From NCBI GenBank assembly GCA_001643675.2, contig LSRY02000041.1, positions 806,001-870,000 of the forward strand: a stretch of 64,000 bases of DNA. Direction: 5' to 3'. Below are positions 50,216 to 64,000 of the stretch, one piece after another. This DNA is from Monocercomonoides exilis PA203. Its lineage: Eukaryota > Protista > Preaxostyla. Within the stretch, counting starts at the first letter, position 1. Every line of letters begins with the position of its first letter. The translations under genes were made by a program, and so were the position numbers. Under the pieces are notes generated by a model that did not search any database, was not told the DNA's origin, and saw only the letters and a program-made list of their open reading frames with translations.

Positions 50216-51700
50216 GAGTGTTGATGTTTCTTGATCAATATCACAACAGATCAACAAATCCTTAATACAAAGAAAACAGAATGCAATTAATGGTTTGCTT
50301 TTCTTCAAAGATCATTTGATAAGTGCATTTATCATAATTTAACAGTTTCCACCACGAATGAAACACTCATTAAAGAAGATAAACTGATTCAATTAACAAA
50401 AATAAGTTAACGCCCATAAAAATATATTTGAAGCCCCTTTTGTTCATCATTGCTTCGTTTTGATTTGAAAAAACATTTGTCAAAATAAGCAACATGCGCA
50501 TATAAATTAATATGGTTTTAATAATTATGAACAAAATGCGAGTGGATTCATGATGTTCACAACAAATATTTATCAAATTCAAAAACGAAAGTTCTCTTGA
50601 AGATTAATATATTTCAAATGATGGTTTATAAACTGAAAAATAATATCTTTTGCAACAAAATAAGAGTTTCATTATTTGATATCAACGAACAAACAGTTTG
50701 GATGCATGTTACAAAAGAAATAATTTTGAATATTTCATGATATGTTTTTCAAAAAACAAGGATTAACTTTTTCAATGGATGAAATTCCATGTTGGATCAT
50801 TGCCCATTTCTCAAATCACATGGTGATTTGCATTGAAAAGCATTTTGATTTTTTTTCTTCGAATCATTAAATGTTTCGTCTTTTTCCAATGTTTATGTGA
50901 TGAGCAAGAGATTCGCAAAATCACCACCACTCTCTCTATTTTGTTTTATGATGAATGGAATAGTAGAAAAGAGTGGTTGCACAGATGCTTGAAATAGTGG
51001 AATGTTATGTTTTTAAAAGATAGCTCGTTCTCTTTTCCAATTAGAAAACAATTCATCCATTTTTGTGAACTTCAAAAGAATTGAAATAAATGAAAAAACT
51101 ATTGTTATAACTGGATTAAATCATCCAATTTTTCAAATTGAAAAAATCAATTTCTTGTTCAACTGTTCAAGAAACAAAGAGATAAAAAGGGGAGATAAAT
51201 GATATTCAGACTTAACTGAATATTCGTGCATGCTTTTCTCTTAATGTTCTCTTTTGAATAACATTTCCACAACTTCCCTCAAAAATGGAGAGTCACAAAA
51301 AGAAAACCAATTCACATCCGAAAGCACTTTCATATTTTAATGGTTTTTGATGTGCAAAGAGTATCTCTGATTTTTCGACTCTTCCTATTTCAATTGCAAT
51401 AACGAAATCGAAGAACATTTTCAAACATTCAAAAGCCATAAATTCTCGCTCCTTTTAATCTGCAATGTGAAATCACTCTTCTGCTGAGAGACAATGAGAA
51501 AAAGATAGTTTGCATCTGCTTTTTGTGTTGATATGAAAATAACAAATGAGTTGATTCAACAAAATAAAGAAAAAGAGAAAACATATTTAAAGATAAACAA
51601 ACATAAAACAAATCAGCAAAACCAGAAATCCTTTTTCGTATGAACAACTTTGAATCCTTTTCCTTCACACACAGTCACACACCCATCAATCCCATCATGC

Positions 51701-54700
51701 TCACTCTGGTGCTTCCTCCATTGCCGTGCTGTCTTCCACCCCTGCCATCTGAAGCCCCCTTTCAGTCATCGCCACTGCAAGAATTACAAACGGTCGCAGC
51801 CGGCACAGCGTGCTCAGCAGCATTTTCTTCACCAGATCTGTTCGGCTCACCATATACGAGAAAAACAGCATCTCAAACGCCTCCACCAGCTCCCCATAGT
51901 CTTCACACTCCTCACACTCCTCACGCTCCTCACTTTTCTTTTTCCTGATCAATTCTGCTTTGTCTTCCTCAACCAAGCTCTCAAACATCTCCTCAAGCAG
52001 AAAGAATAGCACACGCATTCCATAGCTCAGCGTCTTGTTCCTGTGCCTTGCAAACACATTCCTTTTGCCCTCGCTTTTCATTGTTCCATTCTTTCCTTTC
52101 ACTTTTCCCCTTTTCCCATGCCCGCCCCAAGCATCAGTCCAGGTGCCCATCTTGCAGCAGTCTTTGCCTTGACCTTTCTCACTCGCTATGTTCCCTTCCC
52201 CCAGAACAGCTTCACCCTCCCCTGCCTCTTCACCCCAGCTGCAAAACCCAGCAAACGGAATTCCGCACCCACACTCCCGAACCACCCTGCTTCTGCCTCT
52301 TGCATGCAGCTGGTGCTTGTTCAGCACAAGAACTGCACCAGCTCCCTCTCTCGTCTCTTGGCACAGCTGAATCCGAACGAACAACCCTGCTCCCACTCGC
52401 TTCCGGAAACTCCACCGTTCTCATGAACCGCCCATCTTCGCTAACCTCAACAGCACTCAACGCACAAAAGAAACTCAGCGCACATGCACGGCTCACCCCG
52501 TCCTTTGAAAACAGAAGCCGAAAATAAACCAGATGCAGCTGGTTCGCAACCACATCCCGCACAAAATCTCCCACCATCTTCTGCGCCCTCACACTCCGCC
52601 TCTTCTTCCTCACACACTCCTCCTCTCCAAATGCCTCTGCTTCAGCACCTGCCTCTGCCTCAGCACCTGCCTCTGCTTCCGTCTCATAGCTCGACTCCTT
52701 CAGCAGCAGCACAACAAGCGCTGTGATCACACACCTCACCTTCCTGTCTCCGCTGCCCAGCAGCCACTGCCCCATCTGCCTCACAATCCCACACACTCCC
52801 AGCAGCGGCCCTGCCGGCAGCGGCACAACAAGTCCCAGAATCTTCAGCCCTGCAAGCGCTGCCTCCCTGCTCCCCACTGCAAGACTCTCTCTCACAACAT
52901 CCACTATCCCCATCACCACCTTCTTCATCCCATCCCCAACACACTCCACTCTCTTGTATCTCCGAAGGGTGAACAGCGACAGATTCAGCGATCGCTGAAA
53001 TCCTCCCAATCCCCTGCTCTCTTCTGTTGATTCTGCTTCTCTTGAGTTGCCATCCTCACCCATCCCCTTCGCCTCCTTTCTCTTCAATGGATTCAAATGC
53101 GACTCCCCACAACCCTCGTAGAAAGCACATTCAGCCACACGCTCCCGCACATACTCGCTCTTCAGCAGCGAATGAATCGCATGCAGAGCAGAAAGCGATG
53201 CTGACTCAACAAACAAACATTCCTCCTCCACCTCCTCCTCTGCCCCTGCTCCTTTTCTTTCCTTGCATCCAATCCTCTTTTCTTCTTCTTCTTCTTCTTC
53301 TTCTTCTTCTTCTTCTTCTTCTTCTTCCTCCTCTTCCTCTTCCTCCTCCTCCTCCTCTTCTTCTTCTTCTTCATCCTCCTTCTCCAAAACTTTCCCTTTT
53401 GCCTTTGCCTCAGCAATCTTCTTTTCCAGCTCCTCCAGCTCCTCAATCTCTCTGAACTCCTTCAAGTCCTTCTCTCTCGCTCCCATCAGCCGCCACCTTC
53501 CAACAACTGCCAGCGCCACCCCCAAAAGCGGCTCCAGCATCCCGTTCTTGAAAAACAACACCCGCTCCTTCGTGTCTCCACTCATCCCAATCCTTGGACA
53601 GCCATCCCCCAACCTTCTGCTCCCCTGAACAGTGTGCACCACTTCCATCAGCGCATCGTCCCAGTGGCTCCCAAAATAGAAGTCTCGGTAGTAGTGCCCC
53701 TTCTCTGCTGCCAAACACTCCCCCTCTCCCCTCTTCTCCTTATCTCCTTTCTTCTTCCTTCTCAGATTCCTCTTCTCTTCCTCCGCGTTGTCCGTTTCGT
53801 CTGACGATGAGCCATCAAATGCAACTGAACATTCAAATCCTGCTCCTTTCCCCTCTTCCCCCTCTTCATCGCTGTCTTCGTCTCCAAACGGGTTCAGATG
53901 CTCAGCAGACTCCCCCTCAAACACCTCTTCATTCGTGTCCCCTAGCAGCATCTCAATCCCACTCAGCACTTTGCTCACAAATCGCACCCCAAATGACCTG
54001 TCCTCAAACACGCTTCGGGGGCAGGACGACTCCTGCTCTGCAAACTGCAGCAGCGACACTGGGTTCTGAAGAAAGTGCGACGGCGACAGTGCTGCCAGCG
54101 TGGCGCTGTGAGAATGCTTGGGCGATGAAAGTGGAGATGCCAAAGGAGATGCCAAAGGAGATGCCAAAGGCGAAGGTGGAGGAGATGGAGATGGAGAGAA
54201 AAAGGTGTTCAGCGAAGCACTTGTTGCACTTGCCGAAGCTGGTAATGATTTTGAAGAAGGAGATGAGGAGGAGGAAGAAGAAAAAGGAGAAGATGGAGAA
54301 GTCACTGTTGTTGTTGTTGTGGTTGTTGTTGGGCTTTCGTTGCAAAAAGGCAGCCCTCTCGAGTGTTTCACAAACACCTCTGAATATGTCGACCCCGTCA
54401 CAATCTGAACCCCATCTCCAAACATCTCGCTGAATGGCTCCTCTTCATCGCTGCCATTTTCTTCCTTCCCTTCTTCATTTTCAGTTCCCTTCTTCTCTTT
54501 CCAACCCCCACTCATATCTTCTTCATCCTCGTTGCAAGACAAAATGCCATGCGATTTCCTCTTCAAAAAAGATGTTGATGCTGCAAGTTCATTCACAGCA
54601 TCCTCCCTTTCTGAACGGACAAACGCTGTTCGACGAGGAGTGCAAGGCAGGCACAAACAAGGGGAATTACAGCGCATTTGAGCATCAGCGATGGCATCAT

Positions 54701-57700
54701 GCACTTTGATGTGGCTGGATGGCGGGAACAGCACAGACGAGGGCAGCTTGGGTCCTCCCTGCTCAGCACAAGTCACTGCCAGATGTGATTCCTTCAACTC
54801 TGTCGTCATTTTCAGCTGCTCAGAAACTCCAATCGGCACAGCATTTGGCACGTCCTCCGAACAGACACAGCACACATCCACATCATCCATCTCAGGCGAT
54901 TCTGCATTCACCACGCAAGGCAACCCCGATGAGCCTGGTGGATTGGCACAGCTGCAACCATCGTTCTCATCTTCACCAAAAACACCACAACGCAAATTCG
55001 GCTGCACTGCCTGATGCCCCACACGCCTCCCACACGCCATGCTCGCTGCAATCGGACTCAGAAGTACTCTGCTTTTCGTCGGTGACACATTCACCCGATC
55101 AGCATCAACACTAATCCGCCTCCTCGCTGGTGGCGAGCTTGCATGCTGTGCCAACAAACACAATGAAGATGAAGGTGAAGATGAGGATGGCAAAGGCGCT
55201 GATTCAAAATGCTTCTTCTCTCCAAGTGTTTTGTCTTGAACTGCAACTCCACCTGAGCCCTCCTCCCTGCTCTCCTCTTCCTTCCCTGCCTGCCTCGCAA
55301 ACGAAAACAATCTCTTGAAGAACCCCATTTTCTCCCGCTTTGTCCTCAGCCCCATTTCCTCTGCTTTCTCTTTCATTTCTCTTTCCTTTTCTCCTCCTCT
55401 TCCTCCTCTTCCTCCTCTTCCTTCCCTCTTTCCCTCATCATCATACACACTCTTTCCAACCCCTTCAATCGAAAAGCTCCTTCCCCTTCCCTTCTCTCCC
55501 CTTTCTTTCCCTTCCTCCTCCTTCTCCTCCTCCTCTTTTCTCCTCGCTTTCTCTTCTCTCATTGAAAGACTCTTCTGCTCCTCCCGATGCACCGCCTCTG
55601 TCTTCAGTGCCTCCATCTCCCTCACCCACCCCTCTACCGCCTTCGGGTGTGTTCTCCTCAAAAACCGATCCACCCTCAGAACAAGCTCCGGCTGCCGATC
55701 CCACTCAAACTCCTGTCTGCCTTCCTTCGCAGAGCTTCTTCTTCCCCCATCTACTCCAAATGGCAGGCAACCACAGCTGCTCCCTGCTCCGGCTCCTGCT
55801 CTCTGCAACCGCTCTTTCTCTTCCCGCACCCACTCTCCAAGCATCCGAAACCGCAGCGACGGAACAACAGACGGATTCGCAATCAGCAGCGACTCCCCCG
55901 ACCGCAGCCCCAGACACACCGAGCATCCCTCGCTGAACGGCGAGGTGTCAACATTCGTCTCCCTCGTGCCCTCCAAAGTGGACGGCACAACTGCACAGAA
56001 TTTGGGGCGTCGGTGGCGCGGAGGCAGCAGCAGAGACGAAGAACGCAACGACGCGCTGGATGCACTCGACTCGACAGCCGAAAGGAAAGACAGCACTCGC
56101 CAGTTCACAACAAACTGTGTGGGGAAGAAGTACACCTGCGATGGCTTGCTCTGCCCTCTTCCTCTTCCATCCATCGACTGAAGATCCAGAACAAAAGACG
56201 AATTGCTCGGCTGCCTTGCTTGTGAAGTGTGTTGAAGAATACCATCAGACGGCAAAGAAAGAGAAGAAGATAAAGATGATGATGATGATGATGATGCTGA
56301 AGTGATTCGAGGTGAAGTGGTTGAAGACGAAGTGGTTGAGTTTTCGAGTGGATAACTCACAGAAAGTGGTGCAAAGTGTGCCAAATCTCTTTTTTCTGCT
56401 GTGCCTTCCCACTCGCCTGACGAAGCAGTGGATGAAACAGACAGACTTCCCATTCCTGATGAACACCCCTTTTCTTTGCTGTTCTTCGAAACCAGTTGAC
56501 CTTTGCTTGGAAGCACATCACAAGAAGACAACATCGAATCTGCTTCGCAATTGCTCCTTTTCTGCGAAGCAGGACGAAATTCCAGAAGCGACTGAAGCTG
56601 CCCAAAGTGCAATGTTGTCCCTTTCTCCTTTTCCATTTTCTTCTTCTGCTTCTTCTTCATTATCGTCTTCATTCTCCTTTCTCTCCTCCAAATCCTCTTT
56701 TCCTCTGCTTGCTGCTGCTGCTCCTTCCATTTCGGATAAAACCGCCCCAAAAACGCCTCTTCAAACGGAGTTATTTCTGCGCCTGCCCCAAGCGCTTCCG
56801 CAGACACAACTCGCACTGACTCACTCTCTCTTCTCACACACCCCGTCTCTCCTGCTGCCTGCAATCGCAATTGCTTCGATCGTTCCAATGGCGCTGCTGC
56901 CTCTGATGCCCCTATCCTCACACAGCATCCTGCTGCTTCCATCGCCTTCTCCTCGTTCTCCAGAAGAATCAGATGCATAAACACATTCTCCGGCAGACAC
57001 CTTCTTCCTCTCCCTTCTCTTCCCTCTTCCACTCCTCTGCCCTCTTCAACGCTCCGCAGTGTGATCTGCTCCAACACATCCACATTCCTTTTGCCCATCC
57101 TGCTCTGCCGCCTTCTCCCTCGCCTCAGCATCTCCTCAGGCGCCACAAATCCACACGGCCTAAATGTCTGCTCACCCTCTTCATAAACAGGTGCCATATA
57201 GCTCTCAAAGCATCCCTCACTCTCATCACTCCCATCACTCCCATTCTTCTTTGATCCCATCGAATGTTTGTCTTCATCCTGCTTTTTCTCCTTCTTCTCC
57301 TTCATCTTCTTCTCCTTCTCCCTCTTCTTCATCTGCTGCTTCACTCCAGCCCAACACATCCCCTCTTCTCTTCTTTCTCTTCTGTCTGCTTTCCAGCCTC
57401 CTTCTGACAGAGCAGACGAGCGTGCTTTCTGAGAACGCTCTTCTCTCTCCTTCTGATAGGCAGCTGCGAGGCAAGTGCTGTCTGAAGAGCGCTCTTTCCC
57501 TTCTGAAGGTGCAATGTGCCTCTGAAACAGCCCAAATTCCAGCTCTTTGTCTCCTTTCGGAATCTTGAACGAGGAAACAGAAGAAGACGTTGTTGATGAT
57601 GATGATGGTTCAGTTGCTTTGTTGGTTGTGAATGGCTTCTGTTCGAAAACACATTTCTGTCCAACAGCATTGGACAATGCACTCACCCCACAAAATGCCT

Positions 57701-60700
57701 TCTCACACTTTTCTGCTGCATCCCTCGCATTTGAAGGACAAGGTCTGAAATGCGAATAATCAACCACCGGAAACAGCGAAGAAAGAGGCATTTTGGAGGA
57801 AGCAGGCAACAAGGTTGGAGTTCTTTCTGCACAAAGATTGATGCTGTTTGTGTTTTGCGTTTGATTTTTCTTCATTTCTTTCTTTGAGTGCTGCCTTGTC
57901 TCTTCCACCCCCAATCTCCATGCTCCAGCTGCTGCTGAATGGCTCCTCTCCACCTTGTTTCCCATCCTTCTTTCTCTTCTTTCTCTTCTTTCTCTTCTTC
58001 CTTCTCCTCCTCCTCCTTCCCCTCCTCCCCCTTTCACCACCAAATACCCTCGAAAAGTCCGTCGCCCTTTCACCTTCCGAATCTCCACTGCCTCTTTCCC
58101 AACTGACCCTCTGCTGTTCGTCGACACCGCATACCGCTGCCGACGCACACGATACAAAACAAGCTCTGCCTGTGCTGAATTCGAAGTGCCCTGCTGGCAC
58201 AGGCAAGACTGCCCCTCTCCATCTCCACCTCCACCTCCACTCCTCTCAATCACACAGTCCTCTTCCTCACACTCTGTTCGCACAAGCGGAACAACACTTT
58301 TCTTCTTCTTCTGCCGCTTCTTCTTTTCCCCTTTCTCCTTCTTCTCTCTTCTCCTCGCTGTGAACCCAAGCACCTCCATCCCGTCCGACGACAAAATCAC
58401 ATGCTCAATCTCTTCCCCGTCTCCAATCCGCCTCCCTTCAAACAGTCGTGTCTCTGCTCTTGTCCTCCCACAAAGCTCCTCCTCGCACAGCCCCATCTCC
58501 ACCCCTGCAAAATATCGGTCTTCCATTCTTCTGAGCTCTTCTCCTTCTCCTTCTTCCTCTTTCTCTCTGTCTTCCTCTTCTTTGCTGCTCTCCTCTTCGC
58601 TTGCTGCCTCTTGCTCTGTCGTCGACTGCCACAGCGGCGACTGAAACCGGCGCAGCGTCGGCAGAGGCGCCGATGCAGACCGCATGCTGCTCAAAGGGCG
58701 GAACCTTCCATTCGGCGGAGAAATCATCTGCTGCTCAGCCAGACACGAAGAACACAGCATCCCTGGCAGACAAGATGAATCAGATGACGAAGATGATGAT
58801 GAAGTTGATGATGAGGATGATGATGAGGATGATGAATGAAACGACGATGAATGAGATGGATGAGTGAGGCAGTCAGAAGGAGAGCGGCAGAAGGCAAGTG
58901 GCGAGGTGTTTGGAGGAGTGCCACGTGCTGCAGTCGACCGGCCGCGCTGCTTCGGAGGCGAAGGGAGGGTGGGCAGCGGCGCAGACGGTGACACATCCAT
59001 CCCGCCAAAACGGAACCGCACCGGCTCCTCCACCGGAAGAGGCACAGACACACCTCCAGACACACATGTTGACTCAGATGCATTTGTTGAATGTGACATG
59101 GGAGATGTCATTGGAGCAATCAGCTGCCGAGAAGATGACAAAGAAGACAAAGAAGGAGAAGCATCCTTCGCTGCTGCCCACTCTGCGCTGCTGTGCACAG
59201 CCTTCTGCAGCAGATTCCGCTGCCCCTCTGAAAGCAGCACACTTCCTCTCTCTGCGCCTCGCCCGCAAATCACCGGCCTCGCCTTGCTCTCTCTTATCTC
59301 CCTTCTCTCTCTGCTTTCCCTTCTCTCTCTGCTCTCCTGCGGATACAACATCTGCAGCTCCATCGGCGGAAGGCGCAGAGGAGACTTTGCTTCGGCGACG
59401 GCTGCTTCGGCGGAGTGTGCTGCCAGAAAGAGGACTGCGGCAGAGACACACACTCCTTCTGCCCATCCAGCACCCCTCCTCTGCTTCCCTGCTTTTCTTT
59501 CTCCAACTCTTCTGCTTTCCAGCTGTTGCTGAGGCAACTCTCAGACGTTGACATTTTTATTTCCTCATCTTCATCCTCTTCCTCCTCTTCCCCTTCCTCC
59601 TCCTCTTCATCATCATCTTCATCATCTTCTTCCTCTTTCTTTGCTTCCAGCAGCTCCTGTCGGCAGGCACGCCAAGCTTGCTCTCTTTCCTCAAGAAGCT
59701 GTCGAGTGCTTTCGCCAAACAGAACATCAACTGCCTTCACAACAGCATCCATAAGCACCACCTCGTTCTGCACTCCGTCATAGCAACGCACATACACGCA
59801 CATAGAGAGAGAAAGAGAAAGAGAAAGAGAAAGAGAAAGAGAAATTCATAAACATCAAAAATATTCATATGAATGAATGAATCGACAAATAAAAAATGAG
59901 TGAGTGAGTGAATGAATAAATCAACAAACAAGAAATTTAAAGCATGTTTTTTTAAAAAAAAAAATAAAAATAAAAATAAAAACCAAAAAAATTTGCAAAG
60001 CTACATGAGGCACACCATATGGAACATAAATAGCTCTTTTCGCTGTGCAAGGCTCGTTCTGTCAAACCCCAAGTTGTGCATCGCAATCATCGTCCGCAAC
60101 TGGTCGCACAAGTCCGTCTGCCTCTGTGACTCTTGCCCATCACTCTGTCCCGCTTCTGCGCCTGTCTCTCCAAGCGCACAAAGTGCTTTGTGCAGAATGC
60201 TCTTCATCGGCTGGTATTTTGCTGTGGCAGAGGCTGATAAAGATGGTGGGACTTTCGACGATGCCACTCCGAGAACGACATCTCGCCCGCTCGCCACACG
60301 CCTCAGACGTGACTTGCTGTTTGGGCTGAGTATCACCACACATGCCTCTGCATATTTCATAAGCACAAATCGGGCAATGCTCAATATAACAGGAGCCACG
60401 GAAATCAAAGGTTGATCAGGAAAATCCATCCTCAGCGTCAAAACCTTCAAAAACGACGGATAAAGAGACTCACAGAATTTTACAAGAGAAAACTTGGCGA
60501 AATAAATAAAAAATTCACTTGTCGAAATAAAAGCTTTACTCTCAAACTGGTGTTACAACTTCTGGTTCTGAACGATGCCCATAAATGTCAACAAGATTCA
60601 AAGATACCGTTTCATGCAAAAATGCATCGGCATAAGCCAAATTTTCAATCAGATTGGTTGAAATAACATGCTTGGGCAATCGAGCTTTTTTTTGTTTTCG

Positions 60701-60886
60701 CTGTTTGACTGGGGGGAATAGAAGCGGTTCTACCCCAGCCTTTACCGGATTCCATTTAAAGTTCCCAAATGGGCTCCTGAGTCTTTTTTGTACTGCTGAG
60801 GGAATGTGAATTGTTTCATTTAAGCAAGACTTAGAAAACAAATTTCGTTTCTCCAAAGAAGAACTCGTTTTCTCGCGCTGCTTCAT
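51701..60886 (-). CDS. Very large low-complexity hypothetical protein (about 2900 aa), multi-exon, helical C-terminal region; model partly uncertain
   Basis: Exon 60886-60548 splices in phase 0 to 60444. An AT-rich intron with (GAGAAA)n spans about 59770-60003. Then come ORFs 59294-59803, 52230-59537 and 51701-52396, with unresolved frame changes near 59390 and 52240. Confidence 0.65.
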
Positions 60887-61846
60887 GATTTTTGTCTATA
60901 AGAGCGCGTTGATGTTATTTTACACTCGCAATAGTTTTCACTTTGCATGACTGGACGCTTTTTTTAAAAACAACTCCCATAACAAAATGCAATTGAAAAA
61001 CAAAATGTGAAATTTCATAGTTAATTTCAAAAGACAATGCATCTTGCAAAACGATGGCTTGCAATACGTTCTTGATGCATGACAACTGCTATAAAATAGA
61101 AATTGAGCTATTTCAAAATTGTTTATTCTTTCACACAAAAAATAATTCAAAATGGGAATTTTTCAAAAAAATTGAATAATTTTCATACGAAATAGAAAAA
61201 TCTTTTTAAAAACAAATATATTTTATCTGTTTTTTTTCAATAAGAATAATCTGATTAATGCACTTAGGGAAAATCAACATAGTGAAAACAGCATTTAATC
61301 AATTAACAAAAAAAATTGACTCAAATTTATTTCTTCAAATTTTTCTTTATTGAATCTTGATTAATATCCCGATGTGAATTAAAATGCTTATGATGAAGAA
61401 ACAAACAAATAAAATATTCCCAGATATTTTTTATGATTTGAAAAAGAATGACCCAAAAAATAAGTTTTCTGTTCTTAATAACAACAATGCGATCAAAATA
61501 ATTATTTTTGCAATGAAAATAAAAATTTCTCATGCTTTCATTGGAAAAAAGATTTTTGTGGAAAAAATGACCTTTTAACAAAACAATGAAAATTTTTAAA
61601 AAATTGCTCACTCGCACACAAAGTTTAAGCTGATACAGTTTTTAAAAACGAAAACAATGGAAAAAATCTACTCAAACATATTTTCAAATGATTGTGAATA
61701 AAAAATTCGTCAGTTGAATAATAATTGTTATTTTGAATGGTAAATTAGTAATTTTGAGTTCATGAAATTTTAATTTTGAATCATTTTTGGCGTATATCTT
61801 TAAATTATAAATTCATCAAATATAATATAGGTAATTCTTTTTCACG

Positions 61847-62015
61847 TGGGACGAAATTTTTGACTTCATGTATATTTTTCAACACTATATTTTCTTTCAT
61901 TTTTCTCAATCTTTTAATTTCACTTTGTTTTTTTTCCATGAAAATGAAAGACTTGAAATAATGAGATGACAGAAAAGTTTGGAACAGTTTTTTTCTACAT
62001 AAATTCAAGAATTTC
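61847..62015 (-). repeat. Dispersed about 170-bp repeat, copy 4
   Basis: ccatgaaaatgaaagactt..cagaaaagtttggaacag..cataaattcaagaattt aligns with 36911-37082. Confidence 0.6.
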
Positions 62016-62929
62016 ATTCCATTCATGTTTTTTTCAAAAAAATATTTTGAATCGAAATTTTGAAAAAAAACAAAGTTTGGAGATACATTCGATGATGAAT
62101 TTCGCTATGAAATGAATTTTCTGCTTCACTTTCATGTTAAACATATGTTTCAGTGATAATTGAAAAGCATAGAACATTTCAACTTTAATTAATCTTCCTG
62201 TGATTTGAAACTCTATAATTATCGATACTCCGAAAAAATATGTGATTTTAAAAGTTTTTACAAATCATTTGAAGATTAATTAAATAAAAACAATGATTTT
62301 TTTTTTTTTTTACTAATAATGATTTCTCATTTTCAAAATAAAAAAAACAGATTTGATTTCTTTCTGTTCAACAAGTTATTTATTGTCGCCTGAACATTTG
62401 TTTGCATTATTTTTATCAAATTATTCAATTTCTTATTGCTTTCTTGCTTTTCTTTCGTTTTTCTTTAGACTATTTTAATAAATTAATCATTCAATCCCAC
62501 TTTTTTTCGGAAGGAGTTCTATTGTCTTTGTTTGATAGTTCAGTAATATTCAATTAAATGGGTGATTCTTTTTGATTTCATGTTTTTTCTGTTTTATTTT
62601 TCGATTTTTGTATTTGTCAGAAAAACTTGGAAATCAATCAAATGTTCTTGATAATGACACTTATGCACCTCGCTGTCTTTCTTTTGTAACGGATGTTTTT
62701 TCGGCAAACAATATCAAAGCATTGAACATATCGATAAATATTCTCTCGTCAATAACATCAAACCTGGAAATAATACTCACTCCAAAGAAATATATTATTT
62801 CAAAAATAATCACTCAAATTGGAAGAAAAAACAAAAACTGAGGAAATTGTGTTTGCATTATCATATAAGTGATAATTGTTGGCATTATCCATTTATTTAT
62901 CAAAAAATTTCAAATTAATGATATGGGAC

Positions 62930-63192
62930 AAAATATAAGACTTCAGGCATTTTCATAGATAAATTATGCACTTTTGATTAACTTTTTCTGAACAAAAAAT
63001 ACAAATAAATCGGGTTCATTTTTTGAAATACATGTGATGTCACAGAATATAATGTTACGCAATTATTTATCCCTGATTGCAGATATGAAAATCCAATTTA
63101 TTATCAAATCTGAGAAAGATTCACAAGGTTATGAGTGAAACAACTATTTATTGCTTTATGCAAAAAAGCTTGAAAGTCCGTATTTTCCCCCT
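62930..63192. repeat. About 260-bp segment homologous to the non-transposase part of the Merlin element (35760-36020)
   Basis: Shared colinear blocks GACTTCAG..ATTTTCAT..ATAAAT.ATGCAC, TTGCAGATATGAAAATCC, ATCTGAGAAAGATT and GCAAAAAAGCTTGAAAGTCC. Confidence 0.75.
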
Positions 63193-64000
63193 TATGTTCG
63201 AAATTCAAGAAATAAACCTTCAGCTCAATGAAAACAGCATTGATTCTTCTCATTATCCGATTTTCATATCCAACGTTTGCTTTTATAATAACTGCAATGC
63301 AACAAACTATCAGATACAGATGCAGTTTTGAGTGGGAATTGATAAAGGCTTGAATTCACACAAAGAAAATTTTATTGTTCACAAAAACAATCACCAATAT
63401 GCAAGTTTCATATTGGATTTTTTTCAGAAATGAATTGTGCTTTCAACGAGGGGCTTTTAACATTCAAAGATTTGTTGTTCATTTGACTACAGGATATAAT
63501 ATAAAAAGTCATTAATTTTATTCAAATGTGTTGTATTTCAAACAAGCTGCATCAGAACACAATCAACATTTTTTTGGTGTCATTTCCAGAAAAAGCAATA
63601 AATGGGTGATTATTTTTGAAATCCTATATTTTCTGTCAAATTTTTCGGTTTGAATTATTGTTATGAATATTTAAAAATGAACCCTGAAAAGTGATAGAGC
63701 TATTTTGTGGCGCATCTGCTATTTTTTTTTCAAATCAAACTTTGGCTTTTGAAACGAAAAATAAATTTTTAAATTTTGTTTGAAATTATTTAACAAATGA
63801 CAATGAATTTTCATTAAAAGAAACATACCGAGAAAAGTTATGATTTCAAAAAAAATTACCCAAATGGCACATTATTATTAACAAGCTTCATTATCAACAA
63901 AAAAAGAAAAAGAAAAAGAAAAATGATTATGGAATATGCATAAACTCACATTAATGCGGGTTAATGCATATATCATAAAACTTATCTCATGATTTTCTTT

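Noticed and set aside
50580-51420. Possible decayed gene remnant
   Set aside because: No alignable motifs found.
1-64000. Alternative genetic code (TAR=Gln) for the host; tRNA or rRNA genes
   Set aside because: Long host ORFs lack internal TAA/TAG and several genes end in TAA or TAG; no tRNA or rRNA was recognised by eye.

Overview
Eukaryotic, AT-rich genomic DNA with GT-AG introns and the standard code. The style (poly-Ser/poly-Glu proteins, loop-less cathepsin B, beta-helix surface proteins, decayed ARM-like family copy) suggests an oxymonad such as Monocercomonoides; this is an inference. 1-33 kb is gene-dense: a >1770-aa Ser-rich ORF running off the left edge (absent from the ORF track), a divergent Glu/Lys-rich gene, an FAD-dependent oxidoreductase-like gene whose first intron holds a 3.1-kb (AAAAG)n array, a 4349-aa secreted beta-helix-like protein, a Yif1 homolog and a hypothetical gene. 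34-50 kb is rich in mobile DNA: a decayed Merlin/IS1595-type transposon, an ARM-repeat gene, cathepsin B, a TA-flanked foldback/MITE, a pseudogene, a full-length DIRS1-type retrotransposon (gag, RT, RNase H, N6-adenine MTase-like domain, tyrosine recombinase, ITRs, ICR) and a frameshifted type I surface protein. 51-61 kb holds one very large low-complexity gene. Two dispersed repeats link the 36-40 kb and 62-63 kb regions. Most short ORFs in the track are microsatellite artefacts. All gene models and alignments were done by eye.
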